Position numbers and translations under genes: made by a program. DNA of 64,000 nt. Source: Longimicrobiales bacterium. GTDB taxonomy: Bacteria; Gemmatimonadota; Gemmatimonadetes; Longimicrobiales; Gaopeijiaceae. The stretch spans positions 192,001 to 256,000 of the forward strand of contig CBDCKN010000015.1 in assembly GCA_965218295.1 (NCBI GenBank). The letters are read 5' to 3'. The notes under the pieces are model-generated. The model was not told where the DNA came from. It was given only the letters and a program-made list of their open reading frames with translations, and did not search any database. Shown here in pieces: positions 1-10,221 of this stretch; the first letter of the stretch is position 1; every line of letters begins with the position of its first letter.

Positions 1-1133
1 ACCACCTCGTGTACGGCACGGTCGTCCACAATACCCACGCCCCGAACATCGCGCGGGAGGTGGGGCTGGCCACCCTGCCCAAGACCGTGCCGGCGGTGAC
101 GGTCTCCCGGGCCTGCGCCTCGTCCAACCAGGCCATCGCCGACGGGGTGAACCTCATTGAGCGAGGCTACGCCGATGTGGTGGTGGCAGGGGGCGCCGAG
201 TCGCTGTCGCAGATCCCGATCACCATCAAGCAGTCCCTGTCGGAGACCCTCATCGCGGTCTCGAAGGCCAAGAGCGTGAAGGCCCGCCTGGCGCGGCTCG
301 CCAGGATCCGGCCCAAGGACCTCATCCCCAACTTCCCACAGATCGCAGAGCCCACCACGGGCGAGAGCATGGGCGAGTCGGCGGAGCGGATGGCCAAAGA
401 GAACGGCATCTCCAGGGGGGACCAGGACGCCTGGGCACTCCGGTCCCATCAGCTTGCCGCGGCGGGGACGGAGGACGGCAGGCTGCGGGCGGAGATCGCC
501 CCGCTCTACGTCCCGCCACACTTCGAGACCGTGCTGGAAACCGACAACGGCATCCGGACCGACAGCAGTGGCGAAGCGTTGGCCAAGCTGCGGCCCGCCT
601 TCGATCGTAGGCACGGGAGCGTCACTGCGGGAAACGCCTCGCCCCTCACCGACGGAGGCTCGGCCGTAATGCTCATGTCGGAGGAGCGGGCCAGGGCCGA
701 CGGCGTAGAGATCATGGGCTATGTGAGAAGCTACGCCTTCTCCGGCCTGGATCCGCGGGGCCAGCTACTCCAGGGACCTGCGTACGCAGCGCCCATCGCC
801 CTGGACCGGGCGGGAGTCACCATGGCGGACATCGACCTCATGGAGATGCACGAGGCCTTCGCGTCACAGGTGCTCTCCAACCTCCAAGCGCTATCGTCCA
901 AGAAGTTCGCCGAAGAGGAGCTGGGACGGCGCGAGGCGGTGGGTCACCCGGACGTGGACGTCATCAACGTCATGGGCGGCTCCATCGCCATCGGACACCC
1001 GTTCGGTGCCACCGGCGCCCGGGTCACCACAACCCTCCTCAACGAGATGCAGCGCCGGGACGCCGAGCTGGGGCTCATCACGGTGTGCGCCGCGGGGGCG
1101 CTGGGGTTCGCGATGGTGGTGGAGCGGGGGTAG
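1..1133 (+). CDS. fadI: Acetyl-CoA C-acyltransferase (thiolase), FadI-like; 5' end outside window
   Basis: Thiolase motifs SRACASS, MHEAFA, GHPFGATG and CAAG. HEAF plus TVSRAC is FadI-type. Confidence 0.85.
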   Translation, partial: HLVYGTVVHNTHAPNIAREVGLATLPKTVPAVTVSRACASSNQAIADGVNLIERGYADVVVAGGAESLSQIPITIKQSLSETLIAVSKAKSVKARLARLARIRPKDLIPNFPQIAEPTTGESMGESAERMAKENGISRGDQDAWALRSHQLAAAGTEDGRLRAEIAPLYVPPHFETVLETDNGIRTDSSGEALAKLRPAFDRRHGSVTAGNASPLTDGGSAVMLMSEERARADGVEIMGYVRSYAFSGLDPRGQLLQGPAYAAPIALDRAGVTMADIDLMEMHEAFASQVLSNLQALSSKKFAEEELGRREAVGHPDVDVINVMGGSIAIGHPFGATGARVTTTLLNEMQRRDAELGLITVCAAGALGFAMVVERG

Positions 1134-1155
1134 GACGGCTCGAACGCTGGGGAGG

Positions 1156-1629
1156 TCAGCCGGCGGCCTGAACCGTGGCCATGATCTCCTCGAAGTCGGG
1201 CATGATCCCGACGTGCTCGCCCTCCCAGGCGTAGATGATGATCCCCGACCGGTCGATGATGTACACGACCCGCCGGGTGACGCCATTCATGCCCATCAAC
1301 TCGTCGAAGAGGGCGTCGTACGCGGCCGATACGTCCTTGTTGAAGTCCGACGCGATGGGGAAGGTGGCCCCGCATTCCGCCGCGAACTTCTGGTTGACCC
1401 AGGGCGAGTCGATGCTGATACCGATCACCTCGGCGTCGAGGGCCTCCCAGGCTGAGTAGTTCTCCGCCACCGCGCACATCTGTGCAGTGCAGGTCGAGGA
1501 GAACGCGAGGGGAAAGAACATGAGGACCACGCTACGCTCGCCCTCGTAATCGGCGAGGCGCAGGAGACCCTCCTTCGGCTTCACGGGCAGCGCGAAGTCG
1601 GGGGCGGGCGTGCCGACGGAGAGGGGCAT
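1156..1629 (-). CDS. Peroxiredoxin / AhpC-TSA family redoxin
   Basis: APDFALP, FFPLAFSSTCTAQMC (PxxxS/TxxC), and a R-x-V-Y-I-I-D-x-x-G motif. Confidence 0.9.
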   Translation of the reverse strand: MPLSVGTPAPDFALPVKPKEGLLRLADYEGERSVVLMFFPLAFSSTCTAQMCAVAENYSAWEALDAEVIGISIDSPWVNQKFAAECGATFPIASDFNKDVSAAYDALFDELMGMNGVTRRVVYIIDRSGIIIYAWEGEHVGIMPDFEEIMATVQAAG

Positions 1630-1631
1630 GC

Positions 1632-2123
1632 CTAGGACCTCAGCTCGAGATGGAGGCTTTCGCGGTGCTCGCGCCGGAGCTTGCCCTCCTGGAAGCGCTG
1701 TCGCTCCTCGTCGGTGGTGAGCTCCAGCGGCGGCACAGGAGCGGGCCGACTGTTCTCGTCGATGGCCACGAAGGTCAAGAAGCAGTCGTTGGTGTGACGC
1801 CGGGTCCTACTGATGGGATGCTCGGCGATCACCTTGACCCCTATCTCCATGGACGTGCGCCCCACGTAGTTCACCCGCGCCGTGCAGATGACGAGCTCGC
1901 CGGCATAGATGGGCTCCCGAAAATCCACCTGGTTGATGGACACGGTTACGCTCGGCTGCCCGGCATGCCGCATGGCCGCCACCGCGGCCGCACGGTCGAT
2001 CATGGAGAGCAGCACTCCTCCGAACACGTGACCGAGGTTGTTCACATGCCCGGGCATCATCAGCTCGGTGATCTCGGAGGTGGAGGCCTCGGGGTGGCGC
2101 GGTGTCAGGTCTTGGTCAGTCAT
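1632..2123 (-). CDS. Acyl-CoA thioesterase (HotDog fold, YciA-like)
   Basis: NNLGHVFGGVLLSMIDRAA, VGRTSMEIGV, TFVAID. Confidence 0.92.
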   Translation of the reverse strand: MTDQDLTPRHPEASTSEITELMMPGHVNNLGHVFGGVLLSMIDRAAAVAAMRHAGQPSVTVSINQVDFREPIYAGELVICTARVNYVGRTSMEIGVKVIAEHPISRTRRHTNDCFLTFVAIDENSRPAPVPPLELTTDEERQRFQEGKLRREHRESLHLELRS

Positions 2124-2145
2124 GGGATGGTCGGCCCTCGAGCGG

Positions 2146-2637
2146 TTAGTGGCTTGGCCCCTGATCGTCGGCGGACGGGCCGTAGATCGCTGGAACTCTG
2201 CTCCCCATCGGTCGCAGATACATGCTGAGCTGTCCGCGATGATGTACCGAGTCCAGGAGCATGATCCAGGCCAGCTGCATCCGCGGCGCCTCCATGATCA
2301 CGTCCTCCCCGACGAAGAACTTCGCCGGGCTCATCCAGGTCTCCTCGTCCATACGGCCGAGTCGTTCTATCACCTCCCCGAACGTCTGGTCCAGTGTCGC
2401 AACCGCGTCCTCGACGGTTTCGAAGGGCACCTGGTTTCGATGATGGATCACGCCGTCGTCGAGAAGCTCGATCAGGTCCTGGTTGTGCCCGATCAAGTGT
2501 TCGATGATATCCGTGGCGCAGCGGGCTTTGGGGTCGGGGCGGTGCCCTCGGCCCTCCTCGGGGACCGCGCTTACGACATTGCGAAAGAGTCCGCGCTCGT
2601 GCCCCAGGATCCCTTGCAGAAATGCGGGCGTGCTCAT
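2146..2637 (-). CDS. DinB family protein
   Basis: IIEHL and C-terminal HHRGQLSMYLRPMGSRVPAIYGPSAD signature. Confidence 0.88.
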   Translation of the reverse strand: MSTPAFLQGILGHERGLFRNVVSAVPEEGRGHRPDPKARCATDIIEHLIGHNQDLIELLDDGVIHHRNQVPFETVEDAVATLDQTFGEVIERLGRMDEETWMSPAKFFVGEDVIMEAPRMQLAWIMLLDSVHHRGQLSMYLRPMGSRVPAIYGPSADDQGPSH

Positions 2638-2944
2638 GGAGATTCTCCTTATCGAAAAAAGAGGCGAGGGGGCTCGGACGCTACCGAGCGGTCACCCACC
2701 GCCAGACGGTTCCCCTCTGGACATACGTCAAGTCGGCTGAGGATCAGACCGAGGTCAACATCCTTCTATGGGGCTGGATGTCAAGCAATACTCCCTCAAT
2801 ACGCCGTCCGCCACCCCGCGCGACATTCGCACAACGAAGGATCCGCGGATCGGGAACTCGGCCCACACCCCTTACCGGATCGGGAGCATCAGATGGGCTG
2901 CTTCTCCTTCCCCGATAGCGAGGGTATCACGCCAATAGCGTCGG

Positions 2945-3604
2945 TCATCGGACCCTCACCCACCTATTGAGGGCCTGCAGGTAATTCATGACTTCCAGGT
3001 TCTCACTGCCGATATCCAGAGCCGCAATGGCACTCCGTATCGCTGACCTCGCCGCCTCGTCCGCTAGCTCACCCCCAGCGCCAGCCGAGCTCTCCAGCCC
3101 GAGACACGTGATCTCTTCCGGCGATGAGATCTCGGTCAACTCCACCCTTACGTGGCCGGCCCGGCCACTCCAGAACTTGGTAACTCGTGCCTTCGTGACC
3201 GTGACGACTCGAATGTTCGAGTCGCTCCTTCTCAGAGTATCGAGGGTCAGATCGCGGTCGAGGGGCTCCTCAGGGAACGGCGGCAGGATAATGCTCACGT
3301 CGGCGAATTCGCGTCCGAGGCTCTCCCACGCTTCCGTACTCAAAGGAAAGTCGTAGATCTCGCTGGGATCTTCGTGCCACTCCTCCAGGTCACCGGTCGT
3401 GCCTCCCGGCCGTTTGAACTTCAGCCCATCCTGGCCTCCCGTCCCACGTCGGAGCTTCAGATTGATGGGGAGATCCGGTACCCAGATGTACTCGTCCACG
3501 ATGCTCTGGGACGGGAAGAGGTCCTCGAGGGACTCGAAGCGCCCTCGAAATGCATCGGAGAGAATTCCGAAGCCCCGCCATTCCCAATGCGTTCCCAGAG
3601 CCAT
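2945..3604 (-). CDS. Hypothetical protein, possibly CYTH-like (triphosphate tunnel) fold
   Basis: Motif order EWR...DEY...KLR...LKFK...VTKAR...VELT...GLE resembles CYTH proteins; slightly lower GC than neighbours. Confidence 0.5.
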   Translation of the reverse strand: MALGTHWEWRGFGILSDAFRGRFESLEDLFPSQSIVDEYIWVPDLPINLKLRRGTGGQDGLKFKRPGGTTGDLEEWHEDPSEIYDFPLSTEAWESLGREFADVSIILPPFPEEPLDRDLTLDTLRRSDSNIRVVTVTKARVTKFWSGRAGHVRVELTEISSPEEITCLGLESSAGAGGELADEAARSAIRSAIAALDIGSENLEVMNYLQALNRWVRVR

Positions 3605-3610
3605 CGCGAC

Positions 3611-4331
3611 CTAGAGTTCCCGACGTGACGTCCATGAAGATCGGCCGCAGCCTCCGCGGCCCTCCCACCAGGGAGCCTCGGGAAGCGGCACCCGGATCCG
3701 AGTGACGATCTCCCCCGGCTCCCGGCTGGTGTTCCAGATGCCGTCGGCGACGAAGAAGTCCCTCACCAGCACCGTTCGGTCCCCGGCGGGACCCGAAATG
3801 TCCACCTGAGCGCCGAGGGTCATCAGGACCGGCGGCGTGTCGGCGGAGTGGGCGGCCACACACTTCTTCCCCACCCTAGTGACATGACAGATATCCCCGT
3901 CCTTCTTGAGGCAGAATCCCAGCGCCTGCCTCCAGAAGAAGTGGGACTGGTTGTAATACGTGCAGCGGGTGTCGAGGCAGAGGTTGCCCGCCCAGGGTGC
4001 CGGAGTTCCTGAGCTGGGGCCCAGCGACGTGTCCCGCAGCCTCTGCTAACGCCGTAAAGTGAAGTCGGACTGAAGGATGCAGCCATACGTCTGTGAGCGT
4101 CTCGGCGGCGCCGATGACCAGCTCCCGGTCCTCCTCACGGATCCCCTTGAGCTCTCCGATGCCCTTCAGGGCCACCAGATGCGCCGGCGTGAAGAGCCGG
4201 TGCTTCATGTTGGGGATCAGGTCTGTCCCACCGGATACCGGGATGGCGGTCTCGGCATACTCCGCCAGCAGCGACACGGCGTCCTGCACCGTGTCGGGCC
4301 GGTGATATCGGAATGGAGGGAGTCGCAGCAT
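3611..4331 (-). pseudogene. hcrB: 4-hydroxybenzoyl-CoA reductase beta-like FAD/[4Fe-4S] subunit; frameshifted near 3988 and lacking the C-terminal domain
   Basis: MLRLPPF...GGTDLIPNMK...QLRNSGTLGG, then after an extra G: NLCLDTRCTYYNQS..WRQALGFCLKKDGDICHV...C (HcrB Cys insert). Similarity stops after IRVPLP (about 3685). Confidence 0.75.
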
Positions 4332-4345
4332 ACGTGATGGCGCCT

Positions 4346-4438
4346 CTAGTGTCCCGTTACCAAAGTATCTCGGCCAGTCGAGGGCACGGTGCACCCGACC
4401 CTCTTGGTGGCTCGCGAACTTCGGAAACGGAACACTAG
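4346..4438 (-). mobile_element. MITE-like family A, full 93-bp copy (CTAG...CTAG)
   Basis: Terminal inverted repeats CTAGTGTCCCGTT / AACGGAACACTAG; reverse-complement homologue at 62780-62873. Confidence 0.85.
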
Positions 4439-5463
4439 GGATCCAGGGGCCGGGCGACCATGATGCCGTCCTGCCCTCCGATGCGCTGAATGCGGTTCGC
4501 CAGGGACACCTCGCTCACCTGGACCACCCCACCTACGAGGGGAGCGTGCAGCAGGTGCAGCTGCCCATCCCTCCACAGGGCGATCCCCGTATGGGCGATG
4601 TCCAGCCCGGCCACCGTGCTCGTGGCGGCGATGATGTCCCCGTCCCGGATCCGGTCGGCGACCTCTGCGATCCGGTCCTCGGGAATGTAGTGGCGGGGCT
4701 CGCTGCCGAGGCGGGCCTCGATCTCCTGCAGAGCGGGCAGGAATGCCGGATCTTCACCGAGCTGCCGGTACGCGTCCGGATGGGTGGTCATGAAGTCGAT
4801 GGGCTCGTGGTCGGCCACCCCTCCGAGCTCCTGCGAGAGGTCCTGGACCAGACCCATGGCGTCCTTGTCGGTGATCCACTCGCTGAAGTAGTGGAGCCTG
4901 CTGGGATACCCGTCGAGATTCCCGTCCCGGTACCGGATGTTCTGGAGGATGCCGGAGTAGAAGGGCCGGTGCCGGCCCATCTGGTCGTCCAGCATGGCCT
5001 CGGGGACGCTCCGGACGAAGCGGGCCAGTGCCAATACGTTCTCCACGAAGGTCACGCAGTCGAGCTCCTCGAGCTCGATGACCAGCCCCTCCTCCCCCTC
5101 CACCTCCAGCGTGTGCGGGGCATAGGGGGTCCCCACGAACCTCTCGCCGATGCGTGCCACGAGCTGGCCGATGGGCAAGGTGTCGAGACCGTTCTGGTAG
5201 GCCCAACGGGCCTGCTCCCGCATAATCCCCCAGTCCTCGTTGGTGCCCGGGAGGGTGGTGGGGCCGGGATGGGCCGAGACGTCGGCACCTGCCTCGACGG
5301 TCGAGGTCTCTCCGGCCGCCTGCCGGTCCACATGGCGGCCCCCCGCCTCGCCCGCCTCACCTGCCTCGCCCGCACAGCCCGCCAAGGCCCCCGCCATAGC
5401 CCCCAGCGCGAACAGGCACCACAAAAAGCCGATCGTCCTGGGGAGCGGGACGTGGTTCATCAT
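4435..5463 (-). CDS. DUF1460 / AmiA-like NlpC-P60 amidase lipoprotein
   Basis: Lipobox LAGC; LDCVTFVENVLAL, RLHYFSEWI, HTGIA, LLHA. Confidence 0.85.
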   Translation of the reverse strand: MMNHVPLPRTIGFLWCLFALGAMAGALAGCAGEAGEAGEAGGRHVDRQAAGETSTVEAGADVSAHPGPTTLPGTNEDWGIMREQARWAYQNGLDTLPIGQLVARIGERFVGTPYAPHTLEVEGEEGLVIELEELDCVTFVENVLALARFVRSVPEAMLDDQMGRHRPFYSGILQNIRYRDGNLDGYPSRLHYFSEWITDKDAMGLVQDLSQELGGVADHEPIDFMTTHPDAYRQLGEDPAFLPALQEIEARLGSEPRHYIPEDRIAEVADRIRDGDIIAATSTVAGLDIAHTGIALWRDGQLHLLHAPLVGGVVQVSEVSLANRIQRIGGQDGIMVARPLDP

Positions 5464-5466
5464 CCC

Positions 5467-7870
5467 TCAGTCCGCCGGCATGGCCGCGTCATGGACTCGG
5501 CGGGCATCCGCTTCGGGCTCTCCAAACGCGCCGGCTTCACGGGCCTGTTCCAGAACCCGCCACACTCGTGGCGGACTGAAGGGGAGCGAGTCCATGCGGA
5601 TCCCAACCGCGTCGTAGATAGCGTTGGCAATGGCCGGGATCGAGGGATGGAGCGGGCCTTCACCGGCCTCCTTGGCACCATAGGGGCCCTCGGGATCGAT
5701 GGACTCCACGATGAGGGACTCGAGCTCGGGGGTGTCGAGGCTGGTGGGGATCTTGTAGTCCAAGAGCGAGGGGGCGTCGTGGAGGCCCGCCCGCCCGTGG
5801 TCCGCGTCCTTGAAGATCTGTTCCTCCATGAGGGCCTCGGCGAAGCCCATATAGGCCGAACCCTCCATCTGCCCCTCTACCAGAACAGGGTTGAGGGCAC
5901 GGCCGCAGTCGTGTGCCACCCAGATCTTCCGGACGTCCACGAAGCCGGTCTCCACGTCCACCTCGACCTCCGCCACATGGGCCGTGAACGAGTACGCCGG
6001 CGACGCGCCGATCGTCCCGCCACGGTACTCCCCATGGACGTCCTTGGGCGTGTTGTACGAGCCGGTGGCGCCCAGCGCCCCGAACTTGGCCTCGGCCAGG
6101 TTGAAGGCCTCCCGGATCGGCATCTTCCGCTCGGTGTCGGCCGCGAAGAGGGCCCACCCTCCGGCCAACAGCACCTCGCCCGGCTTGCATTCCCACGCTT
6201 CGGCCACCGCCTCCTGGACCATCTTCTTGAGCTTCCGCGCGCCGTCGATGGTGGCGTTCCCCAGCATGAAGGTCACGCGTGACGAGTAGGCGCCCAGATC
6301 CACCGGTGTGAAATCCGTATCGCCGCGGTACACGCGCATGTAGTCCAGGGGCACGCCAAGCTCCTCGGCAGCGATGTACGCAACCACCGAGTCACAGCCC
6401 TGGCCGATCTCGCTGGCCCCGCTGAAGACCGCCACTCTGCCCGACCGGTCGATCTGGAGCTGGACCGCGGACTGGGGCATCTCGTTGGGATAGATCGGGT
6501 AGTTCGTGCCCGAGATGTACGTGGACCCGGCCACGCCCAGCCCACGCCCGAACGGCAGCTGTCCGTAGCGGGCTTTCCAGTCCGAGGCCCGCTCCACGGA
6601 GTCCAGGCACTCCAGGAATCCGTTGGACGTCACCCGGAGCTCGTTCACCGTCCAGGTGTTCTCCCCGATGGAGTTCTTCCGCCGAAGCTCGATGGGGTCC
6701 ATCCCGAGACGCTCGGCCAGCTTGTCGAGCTGCACCTCGAAGGCGAAGCGGGGCTGGACGGAGCCGTGCCCCCGCTTGGGTCCGCAGGCGGGCTTGTTGG
6801 TGTACACCCGCGTGGAGTCGAAGCGGTAGGCGGGCATGTGGTAGGGCGCCGTGAGGGAGCTGGCCCGAGTAGTAGGTGGTGACCAGCCCGAAGGACGCGT
6901 ACGCCCCGCCGTCCAGGAGGATCTCGGCGTCCACGGACTCGAGCTTGCCGTCCAGGGTGGCGCCGGTGCGGTACCGCATGTGGAAGGGATGCCGACCCCG
7001 GTGGGCGTAGAAGACCTCCTCTCGCGTGTAGAGGATCTTCACGGGCCGCCCTGTGATCATGGCGAGCTTGGCGACGCAGAACTCGAGATCGAAGGGCTCC
7101 GACTTGCCGCCGAACGCGCCTCCCACGGTGGGCTGCACCACGCGGACCCTGGCCACGTCCACGTCCAGGACCCGGGCCAGCTCCCGGTGCAGATAGTGGG
7201 GGACCTGGGTGGCCGACCACACCGTCAGCTTCCCGCTCCCCTCGTACTGGCCGATGGCACAGTGGGGCTCGATGGGTGTGTGGGTCGAGCCCTCGAAGAA
7301 GTACTCGCCCTCCACGACCACGTCCGAGGAGTCCATGAGCTCGTCCACGGCTCCGAACTCCAGCTTTACAGTCTTGGTGATGTTGCCGTTCCGCCCCTCC
7401 TTCTTCGGCTCGTGGATGAAGGGGCCGTCGGTCGCCTCCAGGGCCTCGCGCGGATCGAGGTACGCTTGGAGCTCCTCGTACTCTACACGGATCGCCTCGA
7501 GGGCACGGATCGCCGTGTCCTCGTCCACCGCGGCCACCGCCGCCACCCCGTCTCCGATGTAGCGTACCCGCTCGACGCAGAGGGGCGACTCTTCTGGAGT
7601 CCACGGGATGATGCCGTACTTCACCGGCATGTCTCGGCCGGTGATCACCGCGTGGACTCCCTCCATGGCCAGCGCCTCGCCGGCGTCGATGGAGAGGATG
7701 CGGGCGTGGGGATGTGGGCTCCTGAGGATCTTCCCGTGGAGCATGCCCGGAAAGACCAGGTCGTCAGTGAACTGCGCCTGCCCCGTGGACTTCTCCAGGC
7801 CGTCGACCTTCCTGAGTCGTGATCCAATTAACGTGAAGTCGGACTGAGACTTAGAGTATTCGGACGACAT
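5467..7870 (-). CDS. hcrA: Xanthine-dehydrogenase-family molybdopterin subunit (HcrA-like); +1 frameshift near 6855 splits it into ORFs 6392-7975 and 5467-6837
   Basis: ILRSPHPHARI, GGAFGGK, RGHG, GQMEGSA, AKEAGEGP. Removing one base gives GQLLTAPYHMPAY. Confidence 0.85.
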
Positions 7871-7872
7871 CC

Positions 7873-7910
7873 CTAGTGTTCCGTTTCCGAAGTTCGCGAG
7901 CCACCAAGAG
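7873..7910 (+). mobile_element. MITE-like family A, half copy forming the 3' end of the 2Fe-2S gene
   Basis: CTAGTGTTCCGTTTCCGAAGTTCGCGAGCCACCAAGAG is identical to the reverse complement of 4401-4438. Confidence 0.85.
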
Positions 7911-8391
7911 AGGTCTCCCCGAGTCGCGCCGCCGCCGCCTCGATGGCGTCGTAGATTTGCGTGTAGCCCGTGCACCGGCAGAGATTTCCGGAAAGGGCTT
8001 CCCGGATCTCGTCACGGCTGGGCTCGGTGGTGCGTTCCAGAAGTGCGGCCGCAGAGCACAGGATGCCCGGCGTGCAGAAGCCGCATTGGGCGGCCCCGCT
8101 CAGGTCGAACTCGTCCTGAAGCGGATGGGGGCCCTCCGCGGTGGCCAGCCCCTCTACGGTGGTGACCTCACACCCTTCGGCCTCCCAGACGGGGGTGATG
8201 CACGCCAGGGTGGGGACGGAGTCGACAAGGACGGTGCATGCCCCGCAATCGCCCTTGTCGCAACCCTGCTTGGAGCCCGTGAGTCCGAGGGAGTACCGGA
8301 GCGTCTCCAGGAGCGTGAAGTGGCTGGGAACGCCGGTCTCATAAACGTCCCCGTTCACCTTCAGGCGAACGATCTCGGTGGTTGTAGACAC
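7873..8391 (-). CDS. hcrC: (2Fe-2S)-binding small subunit (HcrC/CoxS-like); start uncertain (GTG 8391)
   Basis: GCDKGDCGACTV, QCGFCTPG, GNLCRCTGY. Confidence 0.88.
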   Translation of the reverse strand: MSTTTEIVRLKVNGDVYETGVPSHFTLLETLRYSLGLTGSKQGCDKGDCGACTVLVDSVPTLACITPVWEAEGCEVTTVEGLATAEGPHPLQDEFDLSGAAQCGFCTPGILCSAAALLERTTEPSRDEIREALSGNLCRCTGYTQIYDAIEAAAARLGETSLGGSRTSETEH

Positions 8392-8589
8392 GCTGGACGC
8401 TGGCTCCCCCGGCGAGCTCCCGTAGGAATCGACTCCACGGTAAGACGGGTGTGGGTGCGGGATTGCAGGCACGAAATAAAGGTGACGGGTCGGCTATGGG
8501 CGAGCAACCCGGAACGGGTGCACTTTCCGGAGACTGGGGGGTATGCCTGGCCCAATCGAGAATTCCGGCACCCACAGGAGTCACAGGAA

Positions 8590-9006
8590 ATGCCCTATCC
8601 CGAGATGATGGTTGTGCCGATGCGCGAGGACCTTGCACGCGTCGGCTTCAAGGAGCTCCGGACAGCCGAGGACGTCGACCAGGTTCTGGGTACCGAGAAA
8701 CGAACGACGATGGTAGCCGTCAATTCGGTTTGCGGCTGTGCCGCCGGGGCCATGAGACCCGCCGTGGTCCTGTCCCTGTCCAACGACAACGTTCCCGAGG
8801 TCCTCACCACCGTGTTCGCGGGGCAGGATCTAGAGGCGACGGACCGCGCGCGTGAGTACTTCACGGGCTATCCCGCGTCCTCCCCCTCCATCGCCCTGCT
8901 GAAGGACGGCGAGCTCGTTTACATGATGGAGCGCCATGAGATCGAGGGGCGGCATCACTTCGAGATCGCCGAGAGCCTCAAGGCGGCGTACGACCAGCAC
9001 TGCTAG
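8590..9006 (+). CDS. BrxA/BrxB family bacilliredoxin (YphP/DUF1094)
   Basis: MPYPEMMVVPMREDL, VNSVCGCAAG (CGC), TVFAGQD, SSPSIAL. Confidence 0.92.
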   Translation: MPYPEMMVVPMREDLARVGFKELRTAEDVDQVLGTEKRTTMVAVNSVCGCAAGAMRPAVVLSLSNDNVPEVLTTVFAGQDLEATDRAREYFTGYPASSPSIALLKDGELVYMMERHEIEGRHHFEIAESLKAAYDQHC

Positions 9007-9080
9007 ACCCCCCGCGGGGACTCACAACCAGACGACAACGGCGGATGCGGCCGCCAGGGACTTCGCCCTGGCGGCTTCGT

Positions 9081-9497
9081 CTATCCCGCTACCCGTGACC
9101 TGCGTCGTGCCCGAAGGAGCCCGTCGAGGCTGAATGCCCCAGCGCCGTTCGCCGCGAAGAAGAGGTAGGTCCAGCAGTAGAGCGCGGACAGCTCCCCCCG
9201 GTTCATGATGGGCCACAGATCCCGCGGCATGTGGACCCTGAAGTAGGCGATCGCCATCTCGCCGGCCAGAATGAACGCCACCGGCCGGGTGAACAGACCA
9301 AGAATGATCAGGACCCCACCGATGCTCTCGATGACGCCGGCAGCTCCGAGCCATGACATAAGCTCCACCGGCTCGTCCCGACCGAGTATCCCGAAGAGCT
9401 TCTGGAGGCCGTGAAGCCAGAAGAGGAAGCCCACCACGATCCGCATGGCGTTGTGGGTGAAGTGGGCCACGCCCGTGCGCGCGCCTTCATTCTCCAT
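9081..9497 (-). CDS. DoxX family membrane protein
   Basis: RIVVGFLFWLHGLQKLFG, LGLFTRPVAFILAGEMAIAYF, GAFSLD. Confidence 0.9.
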   Translation of the reverse strand: MENEGARTGVAHFTHNAMRIVVGFLFWLHGLQKLFGILGRDEPVELMSWLGAAGVIESIGGVLIILGLFTRPVAFILAGEMAIAYFRVHMPRDLWPIMNRGELSALYCWTYLFFAANGAGAFSLDGLLRARRRSRVAG

Positions 9498-9525
9498 TGT
9501 TGTCCTCCTGGTTGGTTGGGCGTGG

Positions 9526-10221
9526 TCAGTCCTCTTTTGGCGGAGCCAGCCTCGGCTGAAGTCCCTTCTTCTCCAGGCGGCGTCGCTTCTTGGCTTCCCT
9601 GGCGGTCTCCCCGGGCAGGCGCACCTCCACACCGACGCCCCCCATCATGGCGACACCCCGGATCCGAAGCGTGGGGCGGTCCGGATCGCGCCGGATCGGC
9701 TCGTCGGTCTCGTGATCGAACCCACCCATGAACGCGAAGCCGCTCACCTCCACCGCCATCTCCGGAGGCACGATGATCTCGGCTCCACCCATCAGAACGA
9801 ACACGTTCACATCGGTCACGCCGGGACCCAGCATGGCCTCGCGGAAGTCGAGCGAGAAGCCGCCCATGACCCCGACCGCGAAGTTGCTGCGGGCCGGCAC
9901 CCAGCGGCCGGTGCGGCTGTTGCCCCCCATGAGGCTCACCATGTAGGCGCGCTCCTTCACCCGATCGGCCGACACGACGACGGGAGCACCACCCCGGGCC
10001 GGAACGACGCTCGGGACAGGCACGGGAAGATCTGTAGCCGGCAGGTCGGCGAGGAGCTCGGTCAGCTCCGCCTCGTTAGCGGATCGGTTCGCCACGTCGA
10101 GGCGCCGCTCGAACTCTGTCATGTCCAGGACGTCGTTGGCGAAGTGCTCCATGAGCGTTTCCACCGCTCGCTGGCGCGCCGCTTTCAGGCCCTGTTGCCG
10201 GACGCTCATCCCCTCGCTCAT
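9526..10221 (-). CDS. DUF1707 (SHOCT-like) plus LiaF-like domain protein
   Basis: RQRAVETLMEHFANDVLDMTEFERRLD...LLADLP; repeated MGG beta-strands; LDFREA. Confidence 0.82.
   Translation of the reverse strand: MSEGMSVRQQGLKAARQRAVETLMEHFANDVLDMTEFERRLDVANRSANEAELTELLADLPATDLPVPVPSVVPARGGAPVVVSADRVKERAYMVSLMGGNSRTGRWVPARSNFAVGVMGGFSLDFREAMLGPGVTDVNVFVLMGGAEIIVPPEMAVEVSGFAFMGGFDHETDEPIRRDPDRPTLRIRGVAMMGGVGVEVRLPGETAREAKKRRRLEKKGLQPRLAPPKED

Noticed and set aside
2700..2800. Three GTCAA motifs and a small hairpin upstream of dinB
   Set aside because: Too short and degenerate to call an operator or riboswitch
4346..4438. Family A element as an attC site or RAYT-type REP
   Set aside because: GTT/AAC are in the opposite order to attC; most copies begin with CTAG rather than GTAG; no integrase or RAYT gene in the window
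4546..6282. 578-aa plus-strand ORF, and similar long ORFs such as 40491-42362, 49193-50446, 52181-53398 and 54814-56052
   Set aside because: Antisense shadows of well-supported genes; expected at high GC, with no motifs of their own
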